Shown: in pieces, positions 51,278 to 64,000 of the stretch | Numbering within the stretch: position 1 is the stretch's first letter | Layout of the letters: each line of letters opens with the position of its first letter | Assembly (NCBI GenBank): GCA_000934665.2 | Contig: JYFJ02001333.1 | Location: forward strand, 1 to 64,000 | Direction of reading: 5' to 3' | DNA length: 64,000 nt | From: Catajapyx aquilonaris | Taxonomy: Eukaryota | Notes under the pieces: generated by a model | Told to the model about the DNA's origin: nothing | What the model saw: only the letters and a program-made list of their open reading frames with translations | Database searches by the model: none | Position numbers and translations under genes: made by a program

Positions 51278-51340
51278 AACTGAATATTCATCTTGCAACC
51301 CTGCACATTCAAGTATCGATACAACCCAAGAATATCGATA
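51278..51340 (-). promoter_or_regulatory. Putative TERT core promoter: two DRE motifs plus Inr
   Basis: TATCGATA at 51314-51321 and 51333-51340; minus-strand TCAGTT at 51283-51278. Confidence 0.6.
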
Positions 51341-52840
51341 ACCGCAACCTTTCGAATGTTGCACATCACTTTCCAATTTCATTTTAAAATGATGTGTTTT
51401 CAGGTCTCATTTCTGATATTTTCATCAATTGAATGCTATCAACAATACTACATTAGTACAGCACATTACTATGTTGCATAATGGTTCTCCAAATGCATTT
51501 AGAAGCAATTTCACCATCATTCATCACTTAACAATTTCACGGTAATTGAGATCAGCATATAAATACACAAAGACTTGTGATATCCTTCTTCAATTGAGGC
51601 CCAACATTTTTTATTCATTACAATACATGATAAGTAGTGATAATCCTCACTTTTCTTGTCACACAGTACCAGTGAAGTGACTCTTCCCAACAATCCTTTC
51701 TTAAATTGCCTTTTTTAAAATTTATTGATCACACAACATGCTTTTCTTTCTGTTGTTTATCTGGTTCCTTTTCTTTTTTTTGCATATGAAACAAGACCAC
51801 CAAAAAATGTACATGTCAAAAACAAGGGTCAGAAAGAAAAGTCGGTCTGCAATAATATTGGGGCTGGAATGGTCAAATAATATATTCTACACGGATAGTA
51901 ACACTTCACACACTAGGGAAAGTTATGTGAGTAGAGAGAAGATATATAAAACAAAGTAGGTACATGGAGAAAAGAAATTAACAATGAAAGCGTATGGGTT
52001 GCAAAGTTCATTGCATTAGGTTCCTATGAGGCCACTCCCTCTTGTGGAAATCACTCAAAAAGAATCCCCACCAACACACTGAAATGTTATGTACAATTTT
52101 ACAAGGGCAAACAAATACCAACCCTGCATTTTACGATATTTTGAAATAGTCATTGCCGTTATGATGTTCCAGTGGCTGAAGCAACTGGTTGTGAGGCCAG
52201 TCCACTGGAAGGCATGGATATCTCATGTCAACAGTATGCATGGTATCCGAGTGATTTATGATTAGCGTGGATTTTGTTCCTGATGTGTGTTCCTTGTGCT
52301 GCACTTTCGATAAAAGCATTTCCCAAGGGAAGAACAGAAAGGCTCTCTATCACTCTTGTGCTGCGACAACATGCTTGCTTCTCTACTTCCACAGCAAGAC
52401 AGGCAGATTACAGACACAATATCTTTATTTCTATGCTGTTAATGACATGGGAAATATGTGACAAGCACGTGAGACATTTAGGTGCCTTCTGCGTAAGACG
52501 AAAGACGCAGTGTCAAAATCTTGTCACTGCACCAAAATCCACACTAATAACCAGGCTCAGTATATTCAAATGTTTCCTACAAGTAGTGTGTATCAAAATT
52601 GAGGAGAAAAAAAAAATGATTCACCCCACTCAAGTTCATGCCTCTCCATATGAATGTGCCACCATCACTTATTTCTCTCTTCCACATCCTTAGCTTATGC
52701 CTTTTTGGAACCACTCGAGTAATCTTTGAAATATTTAATTTTTATTTTATTTTGTAACGTTCCATTTCCACCTGTCCAGCGGATGCAAGTTGTTCCAACT
52801 AACGCCCATCAGTTTCTCCTTTGCATACAAACTTGTATAA

Positions 52841-55885
<3,045 letters not shown>

Positions 55886-56367
55886 TTAGAGCTATTTCCT
55901 GGAATAAAGAATTTCTATCAGAATGCAACTCTGCAACTAATTTTGTACTGTAATGAATTACATACGAGTATAGGCTTTTACTGTACCAAGGCCATATGCG
56001 AAGCATTTTCATCAATCAGGCCAAAAAGTATTTAAAATGTACACATTTAAATGTGGTCTGTAAGATTGGAATTTACAAACTTTCATCTCTCGTGGCCACT
56101 CAAAATGGAAACCAAGCAGACAGATAATAAATTTGAGCTCAGAATTGTTGCGATTACTTTGCAAGAGTTTCAATTACAGAATGGCTGTGTCATAATAATG
56201 GCAACAATATTAATACAACTAATAATTAAAATATTGTGACAACTGTGCCATTCTTTGGCCTGGAGCAATGTGGGTAATTTAAATCCCAGCAACTCAAATT
56301 GCTGGAAAAAATATTCTACTATGTCAACAAAGCAGGCTGTCTGAATTTTTTAAAACCCCATACACTA

Positions 56368-56588
56368 CACTCCAAACCGCAAAACATTAAAAGAGCATCA
56401 CTGGTGAGTCTTGCATGGATCATCAATTTTTGATGCACTTCTAATGCTCTGCCAATGCTCTTGTGATGCTTTTTAGCAACAAAAAAGCATCACAAGAGCA
56501 TGAGCAGAGCATTAGAAGAGCATTAAAAATTGATGTTCCATGAGAGACTCACCAGTGATGCTCTTTTAATGTTTTGTGGTTTACAGTG
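56368..56588. mobile_element. Palindromic MITE in Rab7 intron 1
   Basis: TA flanks; aaaacattaaaagagcatcactggtgagtct mirrored by agactcaccagtgatgctcttttaatgtttt. Confidence 0.8.
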
Positions 56589-56879
56589 TAGTCAAGCAAC
56601 TTGCCAGTAATTGCATGCATAAATCAATGCCAGAAATCCTCATTAATGAATTTTTAAAAAATTTGTTAATTATCCTTAATTATTTTTTGCTTGCTGATTA
56701 TTGTCTGATATTTATGGATAGATAGTTTGTTTAATCCCAATGAGAAATTATACATGCCCGTTCTGGGCGACTTCTGATATAATTCAAGCTGGCCAACTGT
56801 CTGCGGGGAAACCTTAGGTGTGCGATCTGTCACCACCCGTCAAATTTACCTGGATGACCCCAGAATTAGACATGTGTAA

Positions 56880-57050
56880 AGGGGCGTTTACATGAGAGCG
56901 ATTTGACAAGTGAAGAATGAAGTCATCACTGAGTAACGTAACCAATATTGTTTGAGGTGACAGTAACAATCGATTTTCGTCTCAAACAATAGGCTACTGG
57001 TTACTCAGCGTTATTATCGCCAATCAAATCGCTCACATGTAAACACACCT
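56880..57050. mobile_element. Short TIR element, Harbinger-like
   Basis: aggggcgtttacatgagagcgatttga / tcaaatcgctcacatgtaaacacacct; TAA/TTA flanks. Confidence 0.55.
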
Positions 57051-57578
57051 TTAAGCAGAAACACGTTTATTACAATAATTCGTTTTAATACCATCTCATG
57101 ATTTTCAATGCATTACGACTGGAAACTTGTCAATATGGACTGATTGTACTGCTATAATCGGTAGAAATATTTCCTATCAGAGACCGACACAATTTGAAAT
57201 TGGAATAACTCCCTCGATAAATTGGGCACACCACTCAACTTCAATACGTTACAATCAAGTAATTTTCACTGCAGCGCACAGGACACTTGATATGCAAGCT
57301 ACCTTCTATTAAAAGCTACGCAGTGCTGGCAGCATGTCAACTGTCCCTAATCCCAATTAGCTCTTAACTATTATGCAAAACACACCTTATGCCAACCTTT
57401 TTTTCCCCAACCAAGATAGGCAAGTTCCCCCCCTCCCTCCCTTCCCGCCCACTTCCTTCCCCATCCGCCCACCACCGATCATTACGCAAGTACGGCCACA
57501 AACAAAAACGCGTACACATCGCAGCAACAATCCGTATGTACTCCGCAAATCCGGACCGATTGCGAGTAGTTCACTTAC

Positions 57579-58210
57579 TCTTCTGGCCTCGAATGCAGGT
57601 CACGGGTTCCGAGCCAGACGGCGAGACTGACGATTGCGGAGAGAGAGAGAGCTGGTGGGGGCGGCTAAGCCTGGGCAAGCTGAGGTCCGATTCGAAGCAG
57701 AGAGGAGGCGCCCAGGCAGCCAGGAACAGAGTGCAGTGCACCTCCAGTCAGCCGATCACGGGCACAAAATGGCGGGAGGGGGAGGGAGGGTGGGAAGGAG
57801 GGGGCGGCGAGGGGGGGGGGATGGATTGGAACAAAGTAGCACAACTGCTACAAATCGCAGCCACTCTGGTCACGTCCCGCTGCGGACGTTTCTGTGTGCA
57901 CTTAGTAGCTAATAGCTATTTGTAGCCGTTATTTTCTCTGTGTTCAAAGCTGTTCAAAGTGGGGGAAGGTGGGGCGATCACGGGATGGTGACGTCATCCT
58001 GAGGGAATAAGGGGGGGAGATGGGTGAAGGAACGTGACTGGCGGGTGGCGATTAAAAAAAAAAAGAGGGACATTGACGGAAAAAAAATGTGGAGGGGAAG
58101 GTTGAGAAAGGACTTGAAGAGGGGAGGGGAATCAGCTGTTTGAGCAGCTGCGTATGAGTGTGCGTTTTTGTCACATGCGTGGGCGCGACTCACACCACAC
58201 GTGGATTAGT
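57579..58210 (-). promoter_or_regulatory. Probable Rab7 non-coding first exon and promoter
   Basis: Minus-strand donor GTAAGT at 57578; GC-rich block; YY1-like aaaatggcgg (~57766), CRE tgacgtca (~57989), E-box cacgtg (~58198). Confidence 0.6.
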
Positions 58211-58901
58211 CATTCACACACATGCACATACATCATGGAATAGTTGGGAAAGAAAAAAAACAACATTCAGAACAATAATTATCTTATGTATGATTTCTTG
58301 TGCATTGGATGCAATTACTCATACTTTCAGTCTTATTTACTATTTACAGCTGCAGTATATGTGCATGTGTAGAACAAGTGGCTGATGGAAATCCATTCAT
58401 ATCTAGACAATGCTCACAGGGAATGATCATGTGGCCAGATGAATGGAGGTATGCAGGAGTTATGTGCATTGGTGACAGCCACATTCCACAGCTGTTAGGT
58501 ACAAAGTTTGATCCCTGAGCAAATGATGGAAGAGATCAACGGGTTTTCGCTGCAGTTTTGGGTGGTCATGCAGCAAAATAAACACAGTGGTTGAAAAATG
58601 GAACTTGTAACAACCACATCTATGGCCAAATACTTCAATTACAAACAATATTGTAACTAATACCAATATCTCCGTACAAAAATAATACTGCTGCTAACAC
58701 ATGTTGCAGCTCGTCACTGAGTTTCACACAGTTTCATGTCCCACAGACACTCGCACTCTCACATTAGTCTTGCTGGCACAGAGAAGATAAATGCACAATG
58801 AACACATGCTAACCACCTCTTCAGAATGCAGAACCAATGCAAAAAAATGACACTTGCATTTTGGCACGTCTGAAGTTGACAATAACATTGAGTAGAGCCA
58901 T

Positions 58902-63854
<4,953 letters not shown>

Positions 63855-64000
63855 CTGGAAAGGAATGGTTCTTTGAAATACTGATATCAAGTCTACTATT
63901 AAACACAAAGGGCGGATTGCAAAGACATGGCTTGTTTACACTGCTATCTAATTGAGCCACGGTTTAAACATCTCTCCATGCTAAACCCTGTCTTTGCAAG

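Noticed and set aside
46900..52840. Telomerase RNA gene next to TERT
   Set aside because: No convincing template-plus-structure candidate or snRNA-type promoter seen; short TTAGG/CCTAA hits are at chance level
57373..57925. ORFs up to 178 aa
   Set aside because: GC-rich Rab7 promoter/first exon; no domain signal

Overview
Gene-dense eukaryotic (invertebrate, most likely arthropod) genomic DNA with spliceosomal introns; no prokaryotic features. Ten spliced protein-coding genes were reconstructed by hand from GT-AG boundaries and reading-frame continuity: ZNF277 (+, 5' end not found), LSM8 (-), WDR63/DNAI3 (+), TTC4 (-), WASp (-), a Myb/SANT-like trihelix protein (-), a truncated but spliced transposase-derived ORF (-), telomerase reverse transcriptase TERT (-, 2 exons), Rab7 (-) and a BLM-type RecQ helicase (-, 5' end outside the window). 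Introns and intergenic DNA carry tRNA-derived SINEs with TSDs, a LINE fragment, and many short inverted-repeat elements of several DNA-transposon types (hAT, piggyBac, Tc1/mariner, PIF/Harbinger, possibly Kolobok). Most notable: (1) a near-intronless TERT with a divergent T motif, an apparent 2xDRE+Inr promoter and two uORFs, squeezed behind Rab7; (2) a U12-type intron in LSM8; (3) WDR63 and TTC4 coding sequences that overlap tail-to-tail; (4) ZNF277 and LSM8 interleaved through a probable 3'UTR intron whose donor lies in a hairpin; (5) a possibly domesticated transposase. All assignments come from motif recognition only; no searches were run.
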